A model generated the notes under the pieces. The model had not been told where the DNA came from, made no database searches, and worked only from the letters and a program-made list of their open reading frames with translations. Positions 63,813 through 64,000 of a stretch of DNA of 64,000 bases are shown here, piece by piece. Location of the stretch: positions 160,001 through 224,000 of the forward strand of contig CAWBAT010000005.1 of NCBI GenBank assembly GCA_963786955.1, written 5' to 3'. The translations under genes and the position numbers were made by a program. Every line of letters begins with the position of its first letter. The stretch's first letter is position 1. This stretch comes from an uncultured Acidimicrobiia bacterium (GTDB lineage: Bacteria; Acidobacteriota; Terriglobia; Versatilivoradales; Versatilivoraceae).

Positions 63813-64000
63813 TCAAGCGCAATGCCCTATGGCCAGGCTGGAGTTGCCTGTTGCACGGTATAAGTTGATGAGTTCCAGGGCAATGGTAGGCCAGGAGAAA
63901 CGAAGTCTGACTAGCTCTCTTCCGGCCAGCCCGCGTTGCCGCCGCTCCTCCTTGTCCTCGAGAGCAGCCCGGAACGCTTCTTTGAGGTCTTTACCATTCA
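63813..64000 (-). CDS. Glycosyltransferase family 4, C-terminal part (5' partial)
   Basis: Hand translation ...ERRQRGLAGRELVRLRFSWPTIALELINLY... Confidence 0.7.
   Translation of the reverse strand, partial: NGKDLKEAFRAALEDKEERRQRGLAGRELVRLRFSWPTIALELINLYRATGNSSLAIGHCA

Overview
A 64-kb bacterial window whose gene content (DUF1501, secreted proteins, an exopolysaccharide-type locus) suggests Acidobacteriota; this taxonomy is inferred. From left to right: (1) a few housekeeping or hypothetical genes; (2) tRNA-Lys(CTT) at 6618-6693 carrying an ~8.8-kb integrated phage-satellite-like element bounded by a 45-bp att duplication. It encodes an integrase, excisionase, primase-helicase and small terminase, has iteron-like and cos-like sites, and carries two defence-like cargo genes. 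The remnant of an older integrase follows it. (3) A metabolic/regulatory patchwork: PIG-L deacetylase, PLP decarboxylase, a sigma54-driven mddA-like gene, an FhlA-like activator, FHA-MinD-glutaminase, ATP-grasp/peptidase, MFS transporter, cyclase, and a DUF559 gene inside palindromic repeats. (4) A minus-strand polysaccharide locus containing a complete lasso-peptide cluster. Its 56-aa precursor (51547-51717, core GQNGSVPDGLSGMGMV) is missing from the ORF track. Its tailoring genes include a kinase, a nucleotidyltransferase and an unusual PRMT-fold methyltransferase with a putative C-terminal PqqD-like (RRE) domain. Just upstream, a 1.7-kb two-gene DUF1670-like cassette with subterminal inverted repeats appears to have inserted into a host repeat, suggesting a mobile element with no recognised transposase. 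Intergenic DNA is saturated with several repeat families, some inserted in frame into proteins. Many single-base frameshifts probably reflect assembly indel errors. All family assignments come from motif recognition by eye; no database searches were run.
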